Part shown: piece after piece, positions 1 through 23,806 of the stretch
How the letters are laid out: each line of letters opens with the position of its first letter
How positions within the stretch are numbered: position 1 is the first letter of the stretch
Source of the DNA: Hormiphora californensis
Lineage: Eukaryota > Animalia > Ctenophora
DNA length: 64,000 nucleotides
Assembly (NCBI GenBank): GCA_020137815.1
Contig: CM035356.1
Location: forward strand, 4,278,001-4,342,000
Reading direction: 5' to 3'
Program-made: the position numbers and the translations under genes
Notes under the pieces: model-generated
Seen by the model: only the letters and a program-made list of their open reading frames with translations
The model's database searches: none
Told to the model about the DNA's origin: nothing

Positions 1-132
1 TTGCATCACAACATAATAACATATAATATCAGTTCGTCTGTGTGTGGGCAAGTATAATAGTGTTGGGATTAGGGAAATTAACTCTCTTTCTTTCCTCTGC
101 CTCTGTTCGCTATATTAACCTTTCTTCTTGTA

Positions 133-180
<48 letters not shown>

Positions 181-734
181 TCTCTCTATCTCTCTATCTC
201 TATCTCTCTCTATCCACAGTCCATTGTACAGCATTACAGGACGACCTATAGTATGAGTCGTGACAGTGCCTGAATAACCTATGAATCTCCTAAGAACACA
301 CATGTGTCCATGTAGGAGCACTTGAATTGCAATTCTACTGCACATACTGTGTGACAAGAAAATGAACATGTGTGTGTAGTGTGTCAATTTGGTATTTCCC
401 GGGTGGTGGGGGGGGGGGTGGCATGTTGTTAGTTGTGTACAGGGTGTCTCTCAACAAGCTGTTCCTTCCTTTAATTATCTCCCTGGACAGTACACGGTGT
501 ATTATAACAACTGGGTAACACACATGACGTGTAATAAGGTAGGGTGGCTACTTTTGGGAACCTTTTGTTGAAGAATGTTACACTGTGTAACATCTGTGTG
601 TACACACAGAAGAGCTCTCCCTCTGCATCCCTCTGTTTGTCCCTTTATAGCCCCTCATGGGGTTGAGTTATGGTATGTGTTTTAGTACCCAATAGGTAGT
701 ACCCATAAATACCACCATACAAATCTCCCGTTCC

Positions 735-1051
735 CCCAGTGGCACAGAAATACAAATCCCCCAATCTGGTTTAGACCGGCAGAATTGTAAAACCGGCAGT
801 GAACCAAAACGCTTTCCCCCAAAATTTTCCAATTGAATGATTCCGGAATGCCACTTACAACTTTATGTAAGCGGTGACACCTTATAAATTGAGTTTTTAG
901 GGCTAAAAACGCACAATCAAAAAACCGGCAGAAACCGGCAGAATATCGGGTAAATATTGGCAATATTTTCGATTTTTCCGGCAGAAACCGGCAGAATTAG
1001 GAAATCGGTATTTTGGCATTTCCGGCAGAATTGAAAGCTTGTGCCACTGGG
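735..1051. mobile_element. 317-bp MITE with 12-bp TIRs and 8-bp TSD
   Basis: CCCAGTGGCACA at 735 and its reverse complement TGTGCCACTGGG ending at 1051; CCCGTTCC on both flanks (727-734, 1052-1059); internal CCGGCAGAA repeats. Confidence 0.75.
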
Positions 1052-1062
1052 CCCGTTCCCAA

Positions 1063-1243
1063 GTCCTAACATTATCCATGTACTGTTTGGCAGTTGTATG
1101 TGCATCTCCCTCTATCTATCTCCCTCTTCTCTCCTAACATTATCCATGTACTGTTTGAACATTTGTATGTGTATCTTCCTATTTCTATCTCCCTCTTCTC
1201 TCCTAACATTATACATGTACTGTTTGGCAGTTGTATGTGCATA
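1063..1243. repeat. ~69-bp tandem repeat, about 2.6 copies
   Basis: TCCTAACATTAT(C/A)CATGTACTGTTTG recurs at ~1064, ~1133 and ~1201. Confidence 0.8.
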
Positions 1244-2528
1244 CCGATAGGAGGGAAGCCATGTAACGTCTAATGCAATCAATCGGCCTGACACATACTG
1301 TGTGTATGTGTACGTCTGTGTGTCGTGATGGGAACCTCACACATCGTCAAGGGTGTGAGTGGAAATAAGTCTGTATTGATAAATAATAATGGGACATAAT
1401 ATCCGTCCATAGGCCGGTTTGGGCATTTTTGACCCTCGGGCTCGGACCCGGGACCCCCCTCTGGGCTCTGGCCTTGATTTGGACGGAGATTTGGTTTGGA
1501 TCTAAGTCGATGTGTGTAAAATGAGGAGTTGAGACCACATTGCGAAGAATCCAGGGAGATCGCTGATCAATAATGCATGTATTGTAGTTTTACATGCGGA
1601 GAGAGGAGTTGGCCTTTAGACAATAGCTGCTGTATAAGAGAGGGAGGGAGAGGAGGGAGAGGGAAGATAGAGAGGAGAGAGGGGGGGGGTTGAGAGGGAG
1701 GGTGAGAGGAGTGTACGTTGGTAAGGGGGTGTAAATTGTCTGGGATAATGCTGAAGTAGAGAGAGAGAGAGAGTTGGTTTGTTCGGGTTCCTACAGCTAG
1801 TTGTGCTGTTGCACCTCCCCAAATGCAATAGTATGAACAATACAAACAGCTAGCTGCTAGTGACGATCAAGATGGATGTTCTATGTTTTTTTGGATCATC
1901 CCCGTGCTAATGTATGTTCTACTATATGTTGTAAAAGAATAGGCCCCGGGTGCTTGCTAGCGCTATGATGTTTTATGTAGAAGTAGAATTAAAACTTGTA
2001 CTGTTCATACTGGTTCAACGAACGAATAGTTCAATGTAGCACCTGGTTATTAATTTCCCCGTGACACAGCTGTATCTGGCTAGTGCCTATCAGTGTGTGT
2101 GTGAACTGTGATGTGTGTGTAAAATGATATTCGATACTACTAGAAGGACGAGGATATTTTCTTCCTCTCTCTCTACTCTGTGTAGCACACCTGCATAGAA
2201 ATCCCTGTCGGTCTCTGATGTCCCTCTCCATGGATAGCGTTTCATTTATCATTAAATGATAAAAATTTTTACGTTACTAGAAAGTAAAGTTAACCTCCTT
2301 AGTCCTTTCTAAATTCTAACTTTGGCTTCTGAGAACCACTCCCCTCTCATTTCTCTTCCTCAATCCTGTCTCTTATTTCTCCACTCCCCCACCCCTCCCC
2401 CAGTCCCCGTCACACTTGACAGATTTACGATTTTACGATTTACGAAACTAAACCTCTAATAAAATCCCCTCCTCGTGTTTATCAGATATATCTACTGCAC
2501 CTACTGAACCCCATTACTACTCTTTCAG

Positions 2529-8334
<5,806 letters not shown>

Positions 8335-8514
8335 GGAGAGCTGCACGTGATATCATGTCTCTCTCGGTGGAGTTCGAGGAAGTGAAAGTGTCGAGGAAAT
8401 TGTTTAGTAGGGACTGGGAGCTGGAAATGGGGGTTGTGTAATACTGTGGTATATATGTGGACTATCTGTTGTTGGGGAGATCTGTTTTTTAGTTTTATCA
8501 AAACAGAAAATAGG

Positions 8515-8675
<161 letters not shown>

Positions 8676-11167
8676 TGCTGTGTTTAGGAAAATATTGAGA
8701 CAGTTGTGTTTTTGGAAATTGTTTGTGAACGGTTAACACAGGAAACACGTTCTAAATTGTTCGATTCAATAATATGTGATCCTCCGAGCTGGATCTGAAG
8801 TTTGTGATCATTTTCTCGTCCAGTCTGATTTTGGCAGTTATTATATGACAACACTAATTATGATTTTGCCTGTCTGCAAAGAGTGCTGTGTTCTCTACTT
8901 TTTTCTATTGATAAGAACCGTTATAGGTGATATTAAAATGATTCCTGTTCAAGATCTAACAGTAAGAGAGATTGAGAATCAAAATCGCACTCTTTGCTAA
9001 CAGACTGAATTGATTTGATTGACAATTAGTGATTTATTTTTATCTTTCATACTTGTTTTTTGTAATTCTTTCTTAAATCTTTTCCCGAACAGCTGTTACA
9101 AACGCTCCATATTGAGATAGAGCTAGCTATGATAGTACAGTAGAGAAGTGTCACACCCGAAAGAGAGATTTGCGAAATATGCCAATTGTTTTTGAAAACT
9201 CCTGTTAACTTTACCAACCAACCTAGTTAAGTTAAAAAAGCTAATTTGTTTTACTTTGTCTGGAAAAAGGTGTCAGGACTCACTAGGCCAATGCTCTGAC
9301 AGGGAAAAAGTGAAAAACGGGCTAAAATGCGACGGAATTTTTTGGTGTTCCTTTGGCACGCGCAAATATTGAGCCGCGCGATCGGACGCCGCGCCGAATA
9401 AAAATAAATCAGAGAATTCATTTTCTCCCAGACAGGAATTTTCATTTCCTGGTTTGGCGCAGCGCGTCGTTGTTTCTTGGTTCTCCAATCACTCTCTGTC
9501 GCCTATCCGTTGCAGATGGGAGAATCAGACAAATGCCTGACACCATGCAAATTCAAGAAACGATAACTTAGACCTTGCTCAATGCTCTGTCTGGCGACGC
9601 CGATCTGCCGATCTGAGCAGTGAGCGTGCACTGTCAATTTTTTGAGAATAAGACAGCTCTCACTTTGGGCCAAAGCGAAGCTGCCTATCCAGTAGCACGT
9701 TGGTTTCAAGGGTCGCCGAATTCGTCGTGCGAATCGTACAGGGGAAATATGCTCTCGAGTCTCGCTTGGGTTTTTGCGGTCAGGCGGTAAGGTCAGCAAT
9801 CTCCATTCTCTGACAGTTATATTGTCACATTGTGCCGCCAAATAAAATATTATACATTTCTCACTCGCATCATGTCATTAGAGCATGGACGACTACCGAG
9901 AAACGTCGATCAGTATGACACTATTCACAGCAAATCAACATCATCCCCACGGATATACTGATTGGCGTGGACTTCGTGAATATATTCGGATTGACGTGAC
10001 TGTGATGCAGAATTAAGGTAATATGCTAGTACACATGGCTGTCTTTAACATGTACATTAACACGTGTTGAACACAGAACCTAGCTTGCTTGCTGTAAACA
10101 CACACACACACACAAGCCTAGTAGGGATGGAGTGAAAGCTGTTAGGGGCACACATATATTGTGTCATAATTGTATCATTTCTTCAAGCTACCAATTAGTA
10201 CCCATGGCAACATATTTGCAAAGAAATTTGCTTTTATCTTCATTGTTAGAGTAGCTTCTAAAGTAACTAAAGAGATATTATATCCTGTATGGATATGGCT
10301 GCGTAGTAAAGTTGTTGGGATGTCTGACGTCTGTTGTCTGTGAAAACCGCTCTAGTTATAGCTTCATTCTTCAAGCTGAAGTTCAACTCATGGCTGTTTT
10401 GATATATTGCAATTTCTTCCGACTATCAAGCTGATAGCGAATAAATATATCGTGTTCGTGATGTTACTCAGTAACTAACTGCACCATGCATGCACTTTAT
10501 TCGGTTCCTTGAGTCACTTCGTTCATGATGCTAACTTTACACTTTACACAATATCTGCCTGTTAAAATCATCTGTACTCGTACTGTTTAAGATATTGTAA
10601 ACTATCGATTGAGCAATGATATACGGCATATTTAATATATGTACAGGTTTTTTTTCACACAAACGATTCGTATAGTCATGTCCTTGTACTATAACTATAC
10701 TCAGCAAATCGTGTTGAGATTTATGATATAAATTATATTTGCTTGAGTTTTTACAGTTCGTGACTATCACAATAGATATCCATTGAAGCATAACATGCAT
10801 TTGTTGTGGTTTTTAGTTCAACTAAACATGTGTAACTGCAGTGCAAGTGTGAAACAAAGTGGGATTTAATTGATAGTTTGCATCACACCAGTTGAATTAT
10901 TATTTTGTCTGATCTCTGAACACCAATTGCTACCAATTGCTACCATATATTGTTTTTGCAAGAACAATATCTTGTTGGATAAATTGCTAATTGCTATAAT
11001 GATCCCCACCAGATCAGTGCAGAGGAGCCATGTCATTACCGTCCAGCCACTCCCTAACGAGAACATCTCATTCTAATGTGGTGAGTTATATTGCAAATGT
11101 AATGTTATTTTTGTACTTATATATATTTTATTTTGGCGGATTGTGGGAATTGATGGACATTAAAAAG

Positions 11168-11452
11168 CAGCCTGGCTGCGTGTCACAAAAGTCTGGCTTT
11201 TTGAGCGAAAAGCCTGGCGTCTGAGCCAGGCTTCTCCACTGATAACCCCCAAAAGCTAGGAGCACGTCATACAGAATGGGATATTGACTAGACTGCCCCA
11301 CCAGGTAAGCGGTAAATGTTGCCTTTATCTGGTGTGGACGTGCACGTTCACCTAGCTTTTGGGGTGGTTATCGACGGAGAGGACTAGCTCAGACGCCAGG
11401 ATTTTCGCTCAAAAAGCCACGCTTTCACGATGCGCAGCCGCCAGCCAGGCTG
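11168..11452. mobile_element. MITE-like element with ~60-bp imperfect inverted ends
   Basis: CAGCCTGGCTG...TGGCTTTTTGAGCGAAAAGCCTGGCGTCTGAGC (11168-11226) is inverted at ~11387-11452; no TSD found. Confidence 0.6.
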
Positions 11453-12804
11453 ATTTCTACAGCCAGGGCTGTAAAGGATTGTTAGAACATACCAAGGAAT
11501 CGGAAGGAATTCTGTCTTCTACCACCTCAGAATCCGTTTTTATTCTGAGCACGTGCATACTGCAAACTGCAAGTGTGCCAAGTTTGGGTCTGCGGAGACA
11601 GGGTGAGAAGATGGAGGGCGTATAACATACATGGGCAGTCAGTCGACTGTATTATCATTTGTGGTAAAGAGGTCCGAACTCCGAGCTATAAGAAAACGCA
11701 AGTGTTCACAACTTATCAACATAATCCCAAGTCTTTGACTTGACATTGCTACCAGTCTAAGGGCTATCACACCGGGCTGACGTGAGCTCATTTCAATGCA
11801 CGTAAGACAGCCTGCGTAGCATGCAACCCTTAAATACCTACTAGCATAAATCAAGTGCAACAAGTCGTATCGATATACCGGGTTGAAAAATCACACTTTC
11901 ACAACAGATCTGTATTCTGTTGAGTTAGATGTCCCCTTGGCATCGAAGCTGCCAAGGACGTCGGAAACCTGTACGGAGGTGGCGTGATGTGCCAAAGGTG
12001 TCCCCCTCTTTTGTGCGTACCCAAAGTAATCGTTTGGTGACACAGTCACCCTTACAACTCATGCGGGTAGCGCAGCAAAACAAAGCCGAGTTGTAAGAGT
12101 CTCTAGAGGGGTGGCTGCGCCACCAACGTAATCGTTAAAAAACGTTTTTCTCATTCAATTCACCTCGATCTTCAAGGGGTTGGGGATTAAAGATGGAGAG
12201 GAAGAGAGATATAGCTATAGAGAGGAAAAGTAGGAGAGAGGCCGGGGAGATAGAGAAGGGAAGGTAGAGATGATAGTAAAATGCTTGCAGGCTATGTAAA
12301 CCGTTCACACTCCTTGATCATTATGAGTTGCAAGACTTTTAAAAAGTTCTATAAACATCCGATGAGAAAGAGTGAACGAAAAGATAGAGTGAACGAGAGT
12401 TGTAAGAGAGAGTGGTTTCAGTTTATTGAATATGAAAGTAAAGCGAGCATGAAGGAGATGGATAGTTCAGTGGTCGAGATGGCTGTTTATTCCGATTACA
12501 CACGCTATAACCGCAACATCGTGATCATCGTGCTGCTGAGTCTCTGCTGAACGGCATGCAAGATTTCCAGGCTCTCACTTTCCTGTTTTTCACATCACTA
12601 GTCCGTTGTTGCGGAGCTCTATCTGTTTTATTAGGATCTTCAGGATTATCCCAATTCCCATAGTCTTCTTTGTTGCAATTGATTCCTGTCGGCATAGTCC
12701 TCTCTTGACTCTTTATATCCCTATCTTTCTATCTCCCTTTTTATGCAAACTCTCTCTCTCTATCTCCCTCTCTATATCTCTTTCTCTATATCTCTTTCTC
12801 TATA

Positions 12805-12929
<125 letters not shown>

Positions 12930-15900
12930 CCTTTCTCTCTCTTTCTCTCTTTTGTAGTTAAATCATCTCCGATTGTAAAGGTCCTATTATGTCATTAAAT
13001 ATCTAAGACGGCGAATCTTCTTTCCTCGCAGTGCGATGTCAGTGGTTTTAAATTGCTACAGTTTACTCATATTGTTTTGAATTTTGAATTTTATCCTGGG
13101 CTGCTATACAAAATTCAAGAGTTGCATATTTTGTAATTGTCTGTTGAAAATTTTGATAATTTGAAACTTTGAAGATTAGATAGATACCCAGTTCTTAGCC
13201 CTCCTGGCAAATAAAATATGCCAAACCATTATTTTAGTTAGATCTGTAGCTGTAGTGATGAGTGATGGAGGAAGACCTAAAAACTTGAGGTCCTTTGCTC
13301 GGCTTGGGACTCTCAGCAACGCAACTATGTCACAGTGCAGTAGCTCCAACGCAATTGAGGTAAGTCAGATAAAGAATTCAGATACCCATTATATAGCAGA
13401 TGACCATTATATAGCAGATACCCACAGTCAGAGCATTGGCCTAACCCCATTCCCATTTATTTCAAATTAGTTCTATTCTTTTCTGTTCTGCAATCTGCAC
13501 GCGGAGCGTACAAAAACAGCGGTCAGAGAATTTGCCTCACAGGATATACCTCATACCCATGCATATATGGTCATGAAAATATGTATTTCTCTTTTTGATA
13601 TTTCTGTTTATAAACAAACAAAATGAACTTCCCATGGGAGATGAAATGAAAAAAGAAGCATATCTCTCTCTTGAGAGAAAAAGAGAGAAAACCCTGAGAA
13701 TTTGAGATATATATTGTTACTTACAAATAGCAAGCAAGATATACCTTCTGTTGTACTAGACTCCCAAGCATCCTGCAGGGGGTCTAGGCCACTAGACAGA
13801 TATAGTAATAGGAGCCACATCATGTGTGTCTGGGAGTAGTAAGCAACAGAGTGTGGCGAGGGAGAGAAATTGCATACAAATTACTTGGCTACCAAGTATA
13901 TTACAGCTCAGCAGACGTTATCAGGTGCATTGAGCTGATAAAACATGTATACTTCTCCAGTTCTATATTTTCCTTTTGTGGCTGTCACAAAGACCTTTGA
14001 GGTTTCTTTAATTTGAAGTAAGAACAATCTGTTCTTCACGGAATCGTATTTTATTCAGTTTTTCAGCTCAGTTGCACTTTCCGGCAGTTGGTGGTTCCAC
14101 AAGCTGCTGCGAATTTCTCATGCAACATTTTTCCAACATCCTGATCTCGTGGAATATATCTGCAAGCAAACGATTCCGGTTACCCAATTACCAAAACCTA
14201 TGAAGATTCTATAATCTCTTTCCTATGATGACTCGCTCTATTTTCTATATGTTAATTTTATCCCATCCGCATTTACTCTCACTTTTCCATCCCTGACTTG
14301 CAAAGTAGCTATACCATACTATTCCCCATAGATATAGCAAGAACCTATTATATGATCAATGGGATTATAAAGCACACTGTGCAAGTTGTTAATACTAGTA
14401 TATTGCCCCTCACATAACTGCACTGATATATATGTCCACTTGACGTGATATATTTCGTATCGCCCGCTTGAAAAGTGCTATTGATTACACGCAAGAATAT
14501 CCCGATCCCATTGATGGGTTTTCCATCAATCCATCAGCAATGGCATATATGGTTTTACAGGGTCTCCGGACTCCTGACCGACTGTCCAGTCGGTCAGGAG
14601 TCCGGGAGCCGTTTTGCAGTATCTGATCTCTATGTGTAATCATTCATAAGAAGGATATGAGGAGATGAATATAATATATCCCGATCTGATTGATGGGTTT
14701 TCCATCAGCAATAGGCAAGACACCTTACTGATCATCCTGATATACTGCAGCAACTCCAGTCAAGCTGTTGTGAGAGACATCTATAACATATATAGAGCGC
14801 TAGATAGAAAGATAGAGAGATAGAGAGATAGTGTGTTGTTTCATCTTTATAATTAGCCGCTCGACTTTACAGCATCTGTGTGGTTGTTATGGGCTGAATA
14901 AGCACTGCATTATCATGCGAATTCTTGTTGACACGGCCACTAACCCAACTACTAGTCCCTGTGATGGTCCACTGCTTCAGTGAGTTACAACTTCGCCAAG
15001 TAGAGCTTCTAGGATAGCTTCTTGATTATATTTCACGTTGAAAATGTTTGTTTTTCTTCCTTTCCGTATACTTTCCGTACTTGTTGTGTTACTCCGTCCG
15101 TATTGCCTCCCTTCACATATAATAATGGCTTGTTTTTAATCAGTACTGTATTCAATAGCCGCCCTAGATGTGCCTTTTATAGTCTTTTACACATGTAGCT
15201 AGTGTATCATCAGGGGGCCTATACAAGCTACAAAAAACACCATGTTGCTTTGTATGCTTGTTTTCAGGAATCTCTAATTGACACGCATGCTGCAACATCC
15301 TAGTTTTACCGACCTGGATCCCTCTCTTGTTGACTCAGTCGGCACTCGAGTGCACTCAAGAGGCTACTACAGTTCTAGTTTTACAGAATCTGAAATAACT
15401 TGTTTCTCTTAATGTTTTACAGAGCTGCTGCAGTAGATCTCCTAGGTTGCTGAATAGATATAGAAGGGATTCTGGATCTGGATTGATGAATTGATCGTCG
15501 GTATTTGATCTTCGCCGGCATTTTTTAAACACTGTTTGTTGATCTGTTTAAATTATTCTAATACCTATATTCTTGCACTTGCCTAATTACCTGCCTAGTC
15601 TCCACAAGATGTGCTTGTTATGTGTGATTTGATATAGGTATATTTGAACGAAACTTTCTTGAAATGCAGTCCAGTATTCACCCAATTAGAGTCAAGACTC
15701 ATAGTTTCGAGATCCCATAAACCCAATTTAGTATTAAAATTGACCCCCAGTATAACAAATACTCCCCCTGGAGAACTAGCTTCCAACTACACATCAGCTG
15801 CAAGATGCCCATGAAACTGTGGCACAAGAAGATTCTAACGAAGATCATCGTGGCTGGAGCGGCCGCATCACGAGGTCGTCGGCTCAGTTCCTTCAGTTCC

Positions 15901-17044
15901 CAAGGATCAACCTGTAACAGTTCTAACGCTCAAGAGGTTTGTAATCCCTACCATTAATAAAAAAAACCAATTTACTATACAATAGTTGATGTATAGGGTG
16001 AGATCAGAGGGGATTGATAAAGTAGACCGGTAAATAGGAAATGATCATCATGATATCAGTGCAGATTGTATCACCAATTCATGAGGTGTCGAGGTGAAAA
16101 AAGTAAACAAGAGTTCAGTAATCAGTGTCCCTTGTGAATGTTTTCGGCCTAAATTTGAGTAGTGCATTTCAAAATGCACTATATTCACATCTATAACAGT
16201 TTAACCACAACTAGTATGTTTCATGCTGACAAATCATGCAGGAACTGACCACTATTAATAAAAAAGCGAATATATCAGCGCCATATTTAAATAATTTCGC
16301 CATCGTGATACACCTGCAACAATATAATATAATCCTGCATATTATCGGCTCTATCTGTTCGGCGTGCAATGATTGATAACTGTGTAATAAATCATCTGTT
16401 CCCGAAAATTCGTAACTTGCCGTCACAATTGATTCGCATCTCCATATAGTGGTATCTTATATCCTATTCTAATGTCTTATAGTGTTCTCTAGTATATATT
16501 ACATCATGCGACGAGCCCAACAAGATCACGTCCCAAGACTCGCTACAACGGTTGGAAGGAGGCGCTTCCGACATGCCGTCCGACGTGTCAGTACGATGAA
16601 CCTTAACATTGGATCAGCTTCTTCCATGTCTGCCTACTCCTCCGTCACTGACTTAACACAGGTTTAATAGAGTGATTGATTAGGAATTATTGTTATTCAT
16701 TTTAGATAAGAAAATGTATAATTTTAGAGAATTAGGACCGGTTGATTGTTTAGTAGCATATAATCAGTGAGGAAGTTAAGTTTACTTCTTCCGGCTGGAG
16801 AAAACTAAACTTCCTCACTGAATAATTATTTTACGAATGAACTTTTTCTCTCGTTTATAATTGTTTCTTGGCGATGTTTTTACTGGATGACGACACATTT
16901 TTGGTAAGAAAATAATATGATAATCATAAAAAATTTTAAAATTAAAAATGTTTGTATAAAATTGAAGGCACTGGGACAATGAGGGTCAAAATTGATAACA
17001 GTTTATAATGTAAATGTTTATTGTTTATGCAAATCACACAGTCC

Positions 17045-17157
17045 GGCAGGTCGGTACCCTAAATTCAGACCTACCCTAAATTGACCTACCCTAAATTCAA
17101 ACCTACCCTAAATTCAGACCTACCCTCAATTCTCTGTCGAAGTTCTACCGACCTGCC
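17045..17157. mobile_element. 113-bp mini-TIR element just downstream of the KMO-A stop (Merlin-like GG ends, 8-bp TSD)
   Basis: TIR GGCAGGTCGGTA/TACCGACCTGCC; flanks CACAGTCC and CACAGTCG; the paralogous KMO-B site (~24614) has a single CACAGTCC (empty site); internal CCTACCCTAAATT repeats. Confidence 0.7.
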
Positions 17158-17169
17158 CACAGTCGAAGT

Positions 17170-20820
<3,651 letters not shown>

Positions 20821-20878
20821 TTTAGGCTGAGAGAGCAGGCTTAGAAGATACAAGACAGTAAATGTAAATCAAGACATA

Positions 20879-22311
20879 CCGTGTGGGGCAATAAAAATGC
20901 CCCCCCCCCCCCAAGTCTACCATAGTTCCAGATATCGTGGAGCTCTAAAATTTGGTACGGTTACTCTATGAGACAAATAAATAACTTGACCAAAATTTCA
21001 GACCTCTAGCTCAAAATTCATTTTTTTATCGGAATGAACATTGTCATTCATTCAAGGAAAAAAATTTCCGGTCCAAAAATTAACCAATTATGTTTGGCTA
21101 TCGATTATCTTTCCAATACGACCAAAAACAGCTTAATTGGACAACCACACGAGACACTGCAGCTATGTTTCTGAAGGTTAGTCAGGTAGGCATTCTGGAT
21201 GTGGGTAAGGCTCGTTGTTGTTGCGACCTGCTCAATGGCAGCTCTGTGTGGTTCCCGTATGGTCCGTTGATCCCCACTTGTCCTTTTAGCCAAGACCAAT
21301 ACCAAAAGTCCATGGGAGTCAAGTCACAGGATCGTGGGGGGTATTCTCCGGTAGCACTCCGACGGGGGATTAGGGTGATGACCTGGCCAGAGAATTTTGT
21401 GGAAAGAAAGTTCCTGTTCACCAGAGTTGTGTGGCAAGTTGAAACCAGAATTCGATAAGGACTCCATTGTTGGTACACCAGTCCTCGATGAAGGGGATGA
21501 TTTTAGTCCTCAGTAGCTGTTCATATCCGTTACTGTTCATCGCCTTCATGACAGAAGCTTGTACTGCAGGAAGGTCCTCCAGGAAGAAGGGTCCAATGCT
21601 GCCATTTTCCTTCTGTAGCCAGATGAAGATCCGTTGATGAGAGGTAAACTGGGGCATAATGAGTTAATTTCCTGTTCCATAATTCTGCTTAAATAGTCCC
21701 TTTGACGTGATCATGAGATCCTTAGCTCGTTAGCTGGAGACAAGTGATCTTATTGTCAAAATGTTCTCAAATCACATGACGCATGCTAAGCCGTGATAAG
21801 ATCCCTCTCATCCCGTGACAAGATCCCTATCATCACTATCGGGTCAGCTCCACCCGACAATATGATAAGTAAACAACGGAAATGAACAAGTAAAAGGTTA
21901 AAAACAACATGAGAGGATTGAAACTTAACTTTTTGGTGAAGCTCACGCTTAGTGGTATCGGTGTATTTGTACAAAACCCTTATTAGCGGTCGTGATACGT
22001 GATCTCCTACCGCTAAAACTGATTAGCAATACCGAATCTCACCATGATTCGGTGAGGATCACATGACCTGACTAACCTTCAGAAACATGGCTGCAGTGTC
22101 TCGTGTGGTTGTCCAATTAAGCTGTTTTTGGTCGCATTGGAAAGATAATCGATAGCCAAACATAATTGGTTAATTTTTGGACCGGAAAATTTTATTTTTT
22201 GGATGAATGGCAATTTTCATTCCGATAAAAAAAAGAATTTTGAGTTAGATATCTGGAACTATGGTAGACTTGGGGGGGGGGGGGGGGGGGCATTTTTATT
22301 GCCCCACGCGG
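20879..22311 (-). mobile_element. Defective Tc1/mariner element (DD41D/rosa-like) with long TIRs and a transposase remnant
   Basis: TA|CCGTGTGGGGCAATAAAAATGC...GCATTTTTATTGCCCCACGCGG|TA; inverted arms extend ~230-300 bp with an indel. Minus-strand frames 21657-21182 give IGPFFLE...NGYEQLL...FWFQ/TCHT...YPPRSCDLTPMDFWYWSWLKGQV, the C-terminal half of a DDD catalytic domain. Confidence 0.88.
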
Positions 22312-22326
22312 TATTAATTAAATGAT

Positions 22327-22823
22327 TGTGAGTGGTAACCTGGGCAACAGGTAACTGTGAATTGTGAGTGGTAACCTGGGCAACAGGTAACTGTGTGAGG
22401 TGTGAGTGGTAACCTGGGCAACAAGTAACTGTGTGAAGTATGAATGGTAACCTGGGCAACAGGTAACTGTGTGAAGTGAGAGTGGTAACCTGGCAACAGT
22501 CAACTGTGTGTAGTGTGAGTGGTAACGTGGGCAACAGGTAACTGTGTGTAGTGTGAGTGGCAACCTGGGCAACAGGTAACTGTGTGAAGTGAGAGTGGTA
22601 ACCTGGCAACAGTCAACTGTGTGAAGTGAGAGTGGTAACCTAGGCAACAGGTAACTGTGTGTATTGTGTGTGGTAACCTGGGCAACAGGTAACTGTGAAT
22701 TGTGAGTGGTAACCTGGGCAACAGGTAACTGTGTGAGGTGTGAGTGGTAACCTGGGCAACAAGTAACTGTGTGAAGTATGAATGGTAACCTGGGCAACAG
22801 GTAACTGTGTGAAGTGAGAGTGG
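22327..22823. repeat. ~33-bp minisatellite, about 15 copies
   Basis: Unit GTGAGTGGTAACCTGGGCAACAGGTAACTGTGT with variants. Confidence 0.95.
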
Positions 22824-23639
22824 TACACTCTAACCCATTCGCTAGAACAGTATCTCATGTAAAATTTGGACCTATCGGCATCACGCAACTCACTCCAAGC
22901 CACAGTATTAACCTTTTCAACCAATATCAGTATCACTCAATACCACATTGCCCCGACTTTTCCCGCAACAGTTCCGGGTTGTAGGACAATACTAGACAAA
23001 AGACTGTTTATTAGTGTCAAACAACTGGGAACTAGCAATACCTCCTCCCATCCCTTACTTCCCACCCCTCCCGTTCCCAACCCCCCCCCCCTGCTCCCTA
23101 CCATCCTACCGAGTCCTCACCCGAGTGAGTGTCCTGGTCAATCCAGGCCGCTACGCGGCCTGGATCTCGCCCCAGTAGGTCTCGGATAGGCGGGTCTATT
23201 CCCCCTGCTTGCTAACCCGCCACCCAGTTCGTCAGTCTGTCAGAACCCTTTCACATGTGCCCGACGGCGCAGTTAGCGATCGTGCCCGAAACCATGACAT
23301 TAACTTTGTTTGACAAAACTGCTCTGCATGTTATCGAGATTGTTAACATACACTATAGTGATTAAGTGAGTCAGACAGTGCCGGTTTGAGAAAAACTGGG
23401 GTCAAACAAGGGTCAGCGTTGAGAGCTGTTACTTTCTAGTGTAACACCAACAGAGATGGTCTATTACCAAGAAAGGGGAATATGCCGCATAGAGGAAGAA
23501 AAAAAAAAAAAAATTAATTAAATGATATATGCGATGATCTATCCGGCCGATGCAGTGATCTGTCCGGCTATTGGCCAATGCTCTGACCAGGTCGCCTTAT
23601 ATTTCGACAATAAGGTAGAAGAATGCAAACTTGGCAATA

Positions 23640-23806
23640 CAGTTGGACCCCGATTTACCGGGCTCGGCCCCGATTTACCGGAACCCCGATTTACCGAGAG
23701 GAAAAACTTTCCCCGATTTAGAAAATTAACGGTACATCACCCCGATATACCGGGCACCCTGATTTACCGAGCAAAACCTTTTCCTCTGAGCATCGGGGTC
23801 CGACTG
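23640..23806. mobile_element. 167-bp Tc1/pogo-type MITE
   Basis: TA|CAGTTGGACCCC...GGGGTCCGACTG|TA; internal CCCGATTTACCG repeats; a related end occurs at ~62639-62653. Confidence 0.75.

Noticed and set aside
220-672. Small upstream F-BAR exons (220-250, 491-538, 651-672)
   Set aside because: Splice-like edges exist but I could not join the phases consistently or see convincing homology.
11453-11602. Transposase-like peptide NSVFYHLRIRFYSEHVHTANCKC
   Set aside because: Too short and unsupported by other transposase motifs.
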